A stretch of DNA of 64,000 bases from NCBI RefSeq assembly GCF_964188315.1, contig NC_135657.1:66402001-66466000 (forward strand), given 5' to 3'. A model generated the notes under the pieces. It had not been told where the DNA came from. It was given only the letters and a program-made list of their open reading frames with translations, and searched no databases. Positions 48,139 to 60,200 of this stretch are shown piece after piece; within the stretch, counting starts at the first letter, position 1; each line of letters opens with the position of its first letter. Source of the stretch: Podarcis muralis (Eukaryota). The position numbers and the translations under genes were made by a program.

Positions 48139-49665
48139 GCCTAGACACCCCAACTTTTACACGGGAAGATACCCGAGGACCATGAAATGGTCTCCCTCCA
48201 ATCTGCCTGCAGTCAGAATTCTTTTTGCAAAAATGTGGAAATCAGCTTGTACTCTGCCTATTAAAGAAAGGATAGAAAAAAACTATGGGAAAACACTGCT
48301 ATGGTTAAACTGAAGAATTGAATCAGATTTAAAGGAAAAACCAAAGGTATGTCACAATAATAGTGCATGACTTGTTGGATTGTGCTTGGATTGACTTGTT
48401 GGATTCTAGTGATTCTACTTATTCCACTGGGCTCCTTTGGGAGGATGAACAGGGAATTATTATTATTCAGATAACTCGTATCAGGTCCAGTGAGCATGGC
48501 CAATAGTAAGGGATGATGGGACTTGTAGTCCACAATGTCTAGAGGGCAATGTGTTGTCCACCCCTGGCTTAAGAAAGGTTTGTGTGTATTGGCTGTTTCC
48601 TTCCCCTCACTCCTCTCAACCTAATCATTCCTAAATACACAAATTGTAAAAAATTAAAAACCAAAACAACAAAAATCTGTAAGAGTCTCATGATCTCTCT
48701 TTCAAAGAACGCAGAACCTACCATTGCTCAGGAAATGTGGAGAAAAAAATGTGTCATATTTATGTGAAGATATGGCATCAAAATGTTTTCAGGGGGAGGC
48801 CTTATTTGATTTTGAGCTATAGCAGGACTAGAAACGAGTGTTACCTTTATATTTGCTTAACACCAATGTACTAGTTTACAAATGATCCCTTTGATCACTT
48901 TTTATTTTCTGTTGCTTGCTCATGGTATTCCTACAGAAAAGTTTATTAAGAGAGTAATGAAACCAATATCCCTTATTTATCCCTTGGATTCTCTTCCAAT
49001 AAATTATATTGTGGAATTGTGAAGACATTGCTTCCCAACATTTCTCTGTCCCGTTCCCCACTCTGAAGCCACTTTGTGTAAATTTAGAATATGATGTTTC
49101 CAACTTGGTTTTCTTTATTACCATGCAGACGATATTCAACTATTCTTCCCCTCACCAAAAAAGAAGTCTGGGGAACCAGTGTTTTTTTCCTCCCAGGCTT
49201 TCTTCTTAACTTAAAAAAAACAAACCCACCTCGCACAAGCTGAAGTCTGTTTTGCGTTGTTAGGCCAAGCCATCGTCTGATGGTGATGTAATGGAGAAGA
49301 TCCACGATGACTGGCTGCAGCCAAACTGGTCATGTTTTGTCCACACATGGCAGAGCAGTCGGTGTACAACACTCACACTGAAGCTAAATCTGTCCTTACA
49401 AAAGACGGCTAAAGAAAAAGCATTCACAGCCTAACAAAGCACCAGCCGAGCATGAAAGCAAAGGAAATCTTGCATTCAGTAGAGAGACAGTTGCCAGCTC
49501 TTTCAGTTAAAGGCTGGCGACTATGCCATGTGGTAACAGGAGGCGACAATTTTTTTCTGCTCCTTGTGATATGCAAGCTGGATCTTCAGGTGGGAGACAG
49601 ATGAAGATAGCTGAGTGAAACACTTCCGTGATACGTCGTTTGGCTGCTGAAACCCTCAGAAAATA

Positions 49666-49810
49666 CAGTGGTACCTCGGGTTAAGTACTTAATTCGTTCC
49701 GGAGGTCCGTTCTTAACCTGAAACTGTTCTTAACCTGAAGCACCACTTTAGCTAATGGGGTTTCCTGCTGCTGCTGTGCCGCTGCCACCCAATTTCTGTT
49801 CTCATCCTGG
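49666..49810. mobile_element. Tc1/mariner MITE, family 1, truncated
   Basis: Left TIR and about 145 bp of body; right part missing. Confidence 0.85.
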
Positions 49811-50734
49811 TTAAAAGGTTTTTTTCTAGTGCTTGTTCCATACTGTTTTAGCAGCTATCAATATATCCCTAACATACGGTTTCACCGTGCTGGGTAAATT
49901 AACTTCATTAACATGAAACAATTATCATTAAATGCTAGAAATTCGAAGGTTACCAAATTACTTGCAAGATAGTGAAAATGGCCAAGGTTGAATTTGGCTA
50001 TGCAGAGTGTGGAGTGGGGCCTCCTTGCCAGCTGTAGTCACACGAGATCATTTCTTTGACCCTTTGGAATGGTAAAATACTCCATATGCCCATAGAGAGT
50101 GCTGGAACTTCTGGGTGAGATTTGCTACCTATAAATGAAAATCCTGTAATGAAAGCTGAGTGCTTCATCCCCAACACACAGAGGAGAGCGATCCATCTAA
50201 TTTCTCTTCCTTACAAATTGCCAGAGGGGTTACTACAGTTCAGGCAGGCTCATTAAAGGCAGTGCCAAACGTGTTGAGAATGGATGGACGCGGATTCAAT
50301 GAAAAGGAGCCTGAAAGCCTATTCTACACAATCCAATTGTTACTAAGCTCCTACCTAACAAAGGGTTGTATTGTTTGAGGAGTGATTTCTGCCAGGGTGG
50401 GAAAAAGCCTTGAAATGTAGTGCCAAATATATTTTAAAAGGGAATATTGTACAGTATATGACCCAATGAACTATGGCTCTCTCTTTCTCATATAGACACA
50501 TTGGATAATAAAACATGAATGTTTCAGAGAGAGAGAGATATTCTTCTTTCTAACCTTTGAACTAGCTCTAGTCTCATCCACCTCCAACCCTCCCAATTTT
50601 CTGTTTCAGGAAAAAGAGCAGAACACTATGATTCACATTTCTTCCTTCTCTATAATTTCTGAAGTGTGACCCACAAATCCCAAATAGCTTTGAAACGCAC
50701 GGCTCATTTTGCATATTAATGGCAGTAGATAAAT

Positions 50735-50900
50735 ATACAGACAAAAGGGCTTCTTCACACAGTGCTTAGTTAAATTATGATTTTTGTTCTCATCGGAGGC
50801 ACCAACTTGAATGGCTTTAAAAGAGGATTAGACAAATTTGTGGAAGGTAAGTTATCAATGGCTACTAGCCAAAACGGCTACGTTATGCCTCCACTGTTAG
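50735..50900 (+). mobile_element. CR1 LINE 3' end fragment
   Basis: ttcttcacacagtgc...ggctttaaaagaggattagacaaattt...tcaatggctactagcc is typical of CR1 3' ends. Confidence 0.7.
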
Positions 50901-51539
50901 AGACAAGCACGTCTCTTAATGCTAAGAGGCACAAGAGAGTGTGTTGTTACTGTAAAATCTCTGGCTAATCTAGTGCAATAGTATCTTAGATATCTACTGG
51001 GAGGTCCTGACCAACCTTCTGTTCAACACTGTCAAATTTGGTCAGTGCTTGAATTGGAGACCAATGTACATCACTACAAACCTTTAAGTACAATAAACAT
51101 ACACATACGGTTTCCTTGTGTTCTTGTTACATGGCTCATAGTTCTGTGGGACCAAGTTGTTTTGGTCTTTATGGTGGGTGGAGGAGTATTTGTGAAGGTA
51201 CCGATTTTGTGACAGTTTTCCTCAGTGTACACAAACATCACAGCAGAAGGTTATGAAGCTATAAGTAAATAGCTAATGGCATAAAATGACAACTAATTCT
51301 CCTAATAATCCACATCAGTCTTCAAATCACTGGGTTGTGAATGTAGCGGTAACTTGAATTCTTTTCTGTGCTTATGTTTTGAAACTTGCAAACGTGCTGT
51401 GTTTGGTGTGGCTTCTTCCCTCTCACCAGTGAAGCCAAGCCAAAATTGATCGTTAGCAACAGTAATTATTTCTTAATAGGAATAATGAAAAATGACACAC
51501 CTAACTAACTCTGGCTTCATGCCTACCACAGAGCCTCCA

Positions 51540-51660
51540 TTATTTGGATGAGGTGGAGTTCCTAGCTCCATTTCAATTAGATTTTATGCCTGGGTTTGGC
51601 TTTGAAACTGCTTTGGTCACTCTGACAGATGGCCTATGCTAGAAGAGAGACAGGGGGAAT
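51540..51660 (+). mobile_element. Decayed L2 RT fragment
   Basis: Remnant of LDE..FL.PFQ..F.PGFG.ETALV.L.D. Confidence 0.65.
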
Positions 51661-53131
51661 CATAGAGTTGAAGGACTCTTGTAGGCTATCCTGACCAGCC
51701 TCTACTTGATGCAAACAAGTCAGCACCAAGTCATCCCCAGGAAATGACTCATCAAGTGTTTGCTCGAATACCACCAGAGAGGAAGTTCCCACAGCCCTTA
51801 TTGGTATTTGGTTCAAACTTCTCTTATGGTCAAATTTTCTGTCTTGCAGATTCTTCTGGATTGTTCAGCAGCTTCGAAAACCATCGACCATGGAACTTTC
51901 TGGACAGGCTTGGACTGATTAAGGATTGGAAGTGCTGCCCTATGTATCAATTAAATAATCTATTACGTGTTATAATGAAGCTGTTTATTTAAAAGCCTTT
52001 GCACATAATTCTAAACCAATTTTAAATGTTAATCGTTGTTAAGCATCATTAAAGTTGAGGCATCTAGCAATCACTTAAATCTTGGTTTATTACATCATAA
52101 ATTCGTGGAAAGCACTCATGGTTAGTCCATTATTTACCAGATGGAATCTTTGGGATTGCTTTTCAACAAAAACATTTTGCTTGTGTGACCTACTTCAAAC
52201 TATATTTGTCATTAATAATGTTTTCTTCTTTTAAAAATTGAAACCGTACCTTCAAGGACGTATGCAGAGGGACATGTTTGCAATGACTGTGAACAGTCGA
52301 TGGAACACTTTTCTATTGTGTCACTTTTCCTCCCTGCTAAGCTAGCAAATTGCTGCCAGGAGGCCTCAAGAAACCATAGCAACTATCTAGTGACAACCCT
52401 GTGTAGTTTTTGTTCCACAGTAGAAGGATCCATTAATCACATTGATTTCTGCCAGTGTGATTTTGGATACTTTTAAAGCTCTTAGCTAAAAATTGTACCA
52501 CATGTGTATGTGGTGAAGTAGCTTCTCTGCATAATCATCATCTTCATCTTAAAGTTCTATGGAAATGTTGTGGCTTTTTATACAGCTTTGGTATTTTCTC
52601 ATATTCAGAGATGAAGTTGTGCATGGAAGACAACAGTGCCACATTTATTGTGACCTTTGGAATATCTGAGCACAGATATTACTTAAGAGCATATTGTTGG
52701 CTATTTGCAGATTAGTTGCGCTGCAGAAAGCTTTCTGGGGAGACCACACATTACAAGGAACACAAAATAACTTTAGCTAGGTTTTAATAACAAAAAAACA
52801 ACCTCCTTTTGCAATAAAAATACCAATAAGCATGACCCATCCACCAATCCAACCCCCAGGGTACTGACAGAGCTAGGTGCTGCTCTTTATATACTATACC
52901 CAATTGCTGACACAGCTTAATTAACACAACTTAGCAGCACCTGCAATACTGTTTCACAGCTGTAAAACTAGGTCATGTTATTTGCTCTGGCCCTTAAAGA
53001 CATACACATCTTGTGGAACAAGAATGAACCTTCAAATTTAAAGAGACCATTCAACACACATCACCATTATGCATATTTTAAAGTCAGCCGTTCACTTACA
53101 AATTTTAGTTAATTCATTTTTGTACTATGTA

Positions 53132-53395
53132 CCGTATTGGCCTGAATATAAGTTGCACCTGAATATACACCTTTAAAATTCTAAGGGGGGAAAGAAGAAA
53201 AGACAATACCGGAATATAAGCCACTCCCTTAAAATTCCGCAGGCACGAACACCTGTTCCATTTTATTGTATGTCAGTTTCACCAGCAATATTGTAAAAGT
53301 CAATTTTTGTAATTTTTGTTGCAAATTTAAGCCACACTTTAACTTTTCTTGGTCGGAATTTCTAAAAAAAGTGATTTATATTCAGGCCAATATGG
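53132..53395. mobile_element. Tc1/mariner-type MITE, family 2
   Basis: TIR CCGTATTGGCCTGAATATAA / TTATATTCAGGCCAATATGG and TA TSD. Confidence 0.88.
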
Positions 53396-55164
53396 TATAT
53401 ATGGATTTGCTATCTGCCACCCTGGCCCCATTTGCACCAGTCCAGCCCAGAACAGAGCCATACCTCATTGGGCTGGAGGGGGTGGGAGGAGGCACATGTG
53501 TCTTTGCTTATATGAGGAGCATTTTTCTTCCACTGGAGGAACTGGAGGTCTTTTTAAATGGAAAAGGTATATATGTACATGACAGATCTCCTTTGTCTGG
53601 TAATCATTGGATTGGGATGCTGGTGTTCCAAGTATCACTAGGACAGAGTTGGGGGACATATGGTCCTCTTGACGTTGTTGAATTTAAGTTCCCAACTGGC
53701 CCAGACAGCAGGGTCAATGGTTGGGGCTGATGGCAGTTGTAGTCCGACAACATGTCCTACTTTTGCACTAGAGAATATTGCTTAATGTGCAATAATCCAT
53801 TGCACAAGCATAAAGGTGGAGTTTCAGTTTCACTTTCTTTTGTGATGCTACGAGTTTTCCATGTTAGGTAAAAACATTTTGGGCCAGATTCAACTACCCC
53901 ATTGCTCTAGAATGCAGCGACTCTTGCAAGTGTAACATTAATTCCCCAAGGGCTGGGAGAATACCCAGAACAGTGAGCAGGAGAAAGAGGGGAGATATTG
54001 TTCCATCTGGCAAGCAGAAATGCTTGAGCTGGTGGACTACTAACATTCTCATGATCTTGAATTCCATCCAAAATTATTATTATTCACACAGCCTTTCAGA
54101 ATCTCCGGTTTTTGAGTGATGAGTTTTTTTAGGCTCATCTGCCATGATCTTCTTGTGCCTTAAGAATCTTTACTGATTCTGTTGCATTTTCAACCCACTT
54201 TGGGAGACTGTTATGTCTGAAAAACTATATATAACACCTTAAAATAAATATAGCTTGGATCACAGAACAATTTAAAAGCACATGAAGCCATCGCTTTGCT
54301 GAAGTTACACGTGCATGGGTCTGTTCAGTGCCTGGATGGATCACTGGTAGAAGAAAAATAACAAACATAATCTTGAGCAGGTACAAATCAAGCACAGGAA
54401 TGAGTAAATTTAGCCTGTTTTAAGCTGTTCATTCATATATACACATTTATGATCTTTAGAAGTTTCATTTTCTTGATTGCAACAATAGTATAGGTAGCTA
54501 AAGGGCATCTTTCAATTCTCTCTGCTTTCTAGGCTATTCTCCAGGAATTGTCTAGGCTGTGTTTATGTTTGATGAAAAATGCAGATATCTTAAAGTCCAT
54601 CTACATAGGAAATCTGCATCAGTTTCCAATGAATGAGAGCATTCTGCTGTGGAAGTGATTTGAATCTTAAGAGCATAGAGTGAATACAACAGCCTGCTTA
54701 AAGATTCTTCTAATTCACTGCATTCTCGCATGGCCATTTGAAGGATTAGCACAACGTTCCTAAGAAGCCCTAGTGGCAAATTAAATCTGTGCCCATGCTA
54801 CAACTATGTTAGTGATGTAACTACTCAGGCATTACAGCATCCACTCCTTCTCAGTGTTAAGAGATTTTTTTTAAAAAAAAGTGGTTTGTATTTTTCCTTT
54901 CGAATAAAAATAAATGGAACAGGTTCCTATTCTGTTGCCATTTCACTAATGCTGGGACATCCAGCACTAGTTACTCATTTCTAATGTGCCTTGCAGTACA
55001 GAAATGACACTCAACATGTGTTCCCAGGCATGTAGGAAGCTAATTTCTCCATAGTACAAATAGGCCCAAAGGGAACTGCTGCTTTATCCTGAGTTGTCAT
55101 CATCTGTATAGTTCAGTAATTTCCAGTGATTGGGAGCAACTCTCCTGCTAGGGGCATTTCCCAC

Positions 55165-55250
55165 CAGTCCTATCTGGAGATGCCAAGATTAAGCTTAGGA
55201 CCTTGTGTGTGCAGAGCATGCACTCTCCCATTGAGCTTCAGCTGTTTCCA
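55165..55250 (-). mobile_element. tRNA-derived SINE fragment (Squam3-like)
   Basis: Reverse complement tgaagctcaatgggagagtgcatgctctgcacacac...ggcatctcc. Confidence 0.55.
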
Positions 55251-55499
55251 AAGACTCCTCAATTTCTTGGAAGCCTGAGAGATTCTGCAGTGGGAAAACT
55301 GGTAATTGCACAAACGTTCTCTAAAAGACAACTTGCCCACTGCTATCCATCTTCCCTTGAAACATCCAGCTGCAGCTGTGTGTTCTGGAATGACAACTGG
55401 AGTCTCCAAAGGCAAAAAAAGCAAGAGGCTCAAATCTCTCCAGAAGGCTTAGGAGTTGTTTAATGACACAATATTAGAAGCTCAGCTGGAATATATACC

Positions 55500-56010
55500 G
55501 CAGAGCAAAGCAGGTACCGACAAGGCCAAGAGGATGCCAGCATAGTCAAAGACCAGAGGCTAAATGGAATTCTTAGTTTAAATAAGGAGGGAAAGGAGCT
55601 TTGACAAAAGAAATGCAAGCAGGCAAAAAGGGATGCTAAACAAAAGAATTTGAGGAACACATTGCTAAAAACATGAAGAGCAAGATCCAAAAAAATATTT
55701 AAATACATTAGTAGCAGGAACAGGACTAGAGAGGCAGTTGGGCTTTTGGAGTCAAAGATGTGCTAACAGAGATTGCAAAGAAACTGAATAAATGTTTTCC
55801 ACCTGTCTTCACAGGGGAAGATATAAGGTTGACCATGTGCTTTAACCAACTTTTCACAGGGAGCCTGAGTAACTGAGACAAATAGTGGTGATAAGTACTA
55901 GACTTTATTGACAAAACAAAAACTGACAGGGGGCATCCACCAGAAAGTTCCCAAATAACTCAAAAGTGAAATTGCTGATCTGCTAACAAAAAATATGTAA
56001 CTTGTCCCCA
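55500..56010 (+). mobile_element. Decayed CR1 ORF2 fragment
   Basis: Remnants of ...RDAK..FEEHIAK...K..FKYI.S...REAVG.L...EIA.KLN..F..VFT.ED. Confidence 0.75.
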
Positions 56011-57159
56011 TCTTCTCCACTGGAGCTTTTCTTATAGATCTTCTTTTATAAACACCCAAACATTTACACATACACATTTTTAGCAGATCTACTTGGAATG
56101 AGCAAGTTTTATTTTAACACAATGAAAAATAAGATTGTGAAAGTCCCTGAGCTAGTACACCACCAATTAATTTCTGCAAGCCTGTGTGCAATAGAAGTAA
56201 ATTATGCTTAGGATCAAGCCATATTATTTATTCCAGGGTGAAGGGGAACCCACACCTAAAAGATTCATAAAACCAAATCTTTCTTAAACACCATGACTTG
56301 GATCCTAACTTTCTTTCCATAAGTGGAACAGAGTTCGCATTCACAAAACAGGGATTTGAGGCCTCACCCCATCCACCTGCAGCCCCTGAACTTTTGCTCC
56401 TGGAGGTTGTGGGATTCTTGGATATGGCATGAGTGAAGGGCTACAGACAAAGAGGAAATGGTCAAAAATCTGCCCTTTACATGAACTGAGAAGCAACTTA
56501 GGATCCAAGCCTATACAAACAGCTAGACAAAGCCATTCATATAAATCAGCAAGAAAAGCAAATATATAACCCAAAATCTTCATTTGAAAGAAAATGTGAA
56601 ATTTTGTTGAACCTGAGATATGAAGCAAATTGTGCAGCCTGTGTTCTTATTTTCATCTTTTATTTGTGGTAAGAAACTAGACTGCTCCCTCCTTTCATTG
56701 TTTTACTTTCAACACCATTCCCCATGGATACGGATGATAGACACAGTTGTGTCAGAAAAATAATTATTTTATGGCCATATGAATTCTTGCCTGCCCTTGA
56801 GCAAAATCACAAGTTCTTAAAACTTACAAAGAAACAAAGCCATAACTTTGTATATATACAGATACTTTCCATGATTCGATGTATGACAATTTTACCATAC
56901 AAATTGTACAATTTCCATATAAATATCTCTAAAAATATTTTAAAATGAATCATACATTCAAGAAAAATTTTCTAAAAGGCTTGCAAGATGCAGCTATATA
57001 CGCTTACAGTCACTTGAATGAGATATTTTGTGTGTTTGCATACACTGCAGGAGTTGATTGAAGAAACAGCTAAGCTTTAAAAGTACAGGGAAGCACCCCA
57101 TCCCACCCCTTCCAGTTGATGAAATACCTGGTTTCGTTCTACAACATTCCATTTGATTA

Positions 57160-57796
57160 CCATATTTTTCGTCCCATAGGATGCACCTAGTTTTTTGGGG
57201 GGGAAATAAAAGGGAAAAAATTTCCTTTATCCCCCCCCCCCCAAAACCAGGTTGGGGAAACCGAACCAGGTTGAGGAACAGCGGGATGGCGGCGCTGCGC
57301 CTCTCTGCTGTCCCCCGAGCTTGTGGGGCTGGCCGATGTCTGCCGGGCGCGAGGGCGCTCTGCTTCAGGGCGCCCCTCACGCCGGGCAGCAGGCTATCCG
57401 CAGCGTGGGGAGCCCTACGGGGAACTCCCGCAGGGCTGCCTAGGCTGCAGATGTGTTCCTGAAGCACCGGGTGCTCTGCTTTCAGCGCACCCGGCGCTCC
57501 GGGAAGCAGGCTGCTATCCACAGCCTAGACAGCCCTGTGGGAAGTCCCGCAGGGCTGCCTAGGCTGCGGATGTGTTCCCGAAGCGCCAGGCGCTCTGCTT
57601 TCAGCGCGCCCGGCGCTCCGGGAAGCAGGCTGCGGATGTCTTCCTGAAGCCTGGAGAGCGAGAGGGGTCGGTTCGCACCGACCCCTCTCGCTCTCTAAGC
57701 TTCAGCCAAAGCCTGCATTCGCCCCATAGGACGCACCCAGATTTCCCCTTCATTTTTGGAGGGGGGAAAGTGCGTCCTATAGGGCGAAAAATACAG
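57160..57796. mobile_element. Tc1/mariner (pogo/Tc2-like) MITE with an internal GC-rich ~119-bp tandem repeat
   Basis: TIR CCATATTTTTCGTCCCATAGGATGCAC / GTGCGTCCTATAGGGCGAAAAATACAG, TA TSD; internal repeat period seen at 57429 versus 57548. Confidence 0.87.
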
Positions 57797-57838
57797 TAAT
57801 TTGCAGGCAAAATTAATTTGGCAAAATATTATTTGGAC

Positions 57839-57844
57839 TTTATT
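57839..57844 (-). terminator. Candidate SMPDL3A polyadenylation signal
   Basis: AATAAA on the minus strand about 350 nt after the stop codon. Confidence 0.55.
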
Positions 57845-58193
57845 TAGGCTCAATACAGCAGTAATGACCTCTGCTTATATAAACCATGGTTTTTTGCACC
57901 AAAAACTAATGTTGTGCCTGTGCGTTTCCCCCCAATGCATGTTAGCTTCAGTGTTTCCATTCTGTTTAGTTGAAACCACCATTTCCTGCTACATTTCAAC
58001 TGAGAAACTGTGGTTTAATCATGGCTTGGTAACCAGGATATAAAACCAAGAGCAGTTCATTTGTAATGGAAAACTAAGGAAGAGAGAAGTGGGTAGACAC
58101 CACACTAGTTCTCAGCTGAAGAAACAACGGTTAAAGTTGCTACATCAGAACCAGGCCCTAGAGGACACAATTCTTTAGCGTGAGCGCTACTTT

Positions 58194-58511
58194 TTACCCA
58201 TGTAATTTGCCTTTATGTTCGATACAATCAGTGTAAGAGGTGAGGTCTAAATATTGAATTGCACAGAGTTGGCTGATCCTACAGTGCTCGCCACAGAACA
58301 AGCTTGGATCATCGTAACTCACAAAGTAGTGGCTGTAATATTTTGGGAACAATTTGCTGTGAGGTACACTAAGTTGATTTGCCATTTCATACAAGCTTTC
58401 TGGCGTTAAGTCCTTGATTCCATAAGCTTTGGTCATAACATACTCAAGTTTCCAGACTGATTCATTTTTCACATTGGCTTCTGTGAGGTTCAAGTAGAAC
58501 TGCCAAAGATC
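58194..58511 (-). CDS. SMPDL3A: Acid sphingomyelinase-like phosphodiesterase 3a, last coding exon (DLWQFYLNLTEAN...CAIQYLDLTSYTDCIEHKGKLHG*)
   Basis: Acceptor ttaattccAG at 58513-58512; 318 nt including TAA; matches the SMPDL3A C-terminus as recalled (YLNLTEAN, WKLEY, L.PESLY, YY..YFVSYD...C...C...Q.CAI). Confidence 0.96.
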   Translation of the reverse strand, partial: DLWQFYLNLTEANVKNESVWKLEYVMTKAYGIKDLTPESLYEMANQLSVPHSKLFPKYYSHYFVSYDDPSLFCGEHCRISQLCAIQYLDLTSYTDCIEHKGKLHG

Positions 58512-59259
58512 CTGGAATTAAACGGAAACAAAAAGTGCACAATTGTATCCACTGCTTCATTAAACTTCTAGAGTGATGTATTGATTAAGAAGCCGTCACT
58601 GCCTATTATTCACAACTGAAGAGAAAGGTCATGTCCCACCACAAGACGTGGACTCATATATAGCTCAGTTTCTGACATATGCTAATACTGGGGGAAGGGA
58701 ACGGATGGGAAGAAAAGAGACAAAAACAACACTCTTGGGCATGGCCTGCAGATAAGACAAACAATATATCCAGCTCAAGGAAAATTCACACCAACATAAC
58801 CCATTACTCTCTGTGTCCCATGAGTGTGGAATTGAGCACAAAATAGCTTCTTGCGAACAAAACCTTCAACTTTTTTGCACCACATTAGTGCAAAATTATA
58901 TTTGAATGTGTGCAAGGCCAATGCCTGTTGGCCAAGTAGATTTTTAGTAGGTGTAGTAGGATTTCAGGACTCTTTTTCTCTCTCCATTATGGTAGAATAA
59001 TCTGGGCAAAAGAAGTGAAATTATGCAAATGTGCATGATTGATAAAGGTCTCAGAACCCAATAGTTCATGGTGCTGGCTTCTCACATACTAGTAGAGATG
59101 AGGATGGTGCCAATAAGCTTAAGAGATGCTGCAATCCACCTTCTCGTGATTAAAAATATATATATTCATTTGAGATAGTTAATCTGAACATATATAGTAC
59201 AGTATAAATTTGCCTTCCTCGACCAGAAAGTACCAGACCAACAAAACCTCTTGAATGAT

Positions 59260-60200
59260 AAATATTTTCTAGACCCATATTATAGAAGTTCAGAAAAGGG
59301 TTTGTGACTGAAAGCACCTTAGCTGCTCCAGTCTATTACCTGTGTCTGGAATAGAAAGAGTTATACCTTTGTTCAGTCTCTTAAACCTTTCAGTGGCATT
59401 TGATACTATATAATCAGATATCTCTGTGCTACTTGAGACTGCTGGGAGTTAAGGACACTGCTCTGCAGGAGGCTTCACTCGCACCTGACAGGCAGCTGAT
59501 AAACCCAACAGAACCAGAGATACCAAAGGGTTGTATCTTGGCCCCAAGACTTTTAACATCTACAGGCAACTTTGACAGCATGGAGTGCTGCATCACTCAG
59601 CATGAGCTTTCCTTTCCCAGCAAATCCAGGAACAACAATGGATTTCCTGAACAATTGCCCTGTTGTATGTATGTGCTGGAAGATGGCTAACAAACTGAAA
59701 CTGAATCCAGACAGAACAAGCATCATGACCTTGCGACAGCCCAAAACAGGAAGGGAATGTGGCATTCCCATATGAAGTTAAGACACCCCATGAAGGGCAA
59801 TGCTTAGAGCAGTCTTTGTCAAACTGGCACCTTCTTGGTCTGGGGTACTATTTTCATCAGCCCCAGCCAGCCCATTCTGACCGATACTGATGGGAGGGCA
59901 CTAGGTTGGCAGAGGCTGGCTGAGAGTCTGGTATGCCCATGAATCTCGCTTTAGTATTAGGTTCTTACATGGTGTCAGTGATCAGGAGTGCTACTTTCTC
60001 CAGCTTAGGCTGAGGAGCTGACTCCAACCCCTTCTCTCAAACAGAAAGTCGGCCTCAGTTATCTATGCTTCAGCAATCATCTGTTTGGGTCACAGCAATG
60101 TGGTCGACATGGGCCTGCCTTTGAAGAGGATTCTGCAGCAACAGCCAGTGAAAAATGTGTGACACCAGATGGGAATATCTCATTTACTGTTCTAGTTCTA
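59260..60200 (+). mobile_element. Decayed L2 LINE RT region in the SMPDL3A last intron
   Basis: Remnants P.G.IL.P.LFNIY, ANKLKLNPDRT and the downstream L2 segment. Boundaries approximate. Confidence 0.7.

Larger units (their letters stand above)
46701..48180. mobile_element. Penelope-like retroelement, locus B: 5'-truncated copy preceded by its own inverted 3' segment
   Basis: Arms 46746-47395 and 47531-48180 give identical translations; the spacer encodes a GIY-YIG endonuclease C-terminus; a hammerhead sits in each arm; the left end abuts (TA)n at about 46643-46700. Confidence 0.9.
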
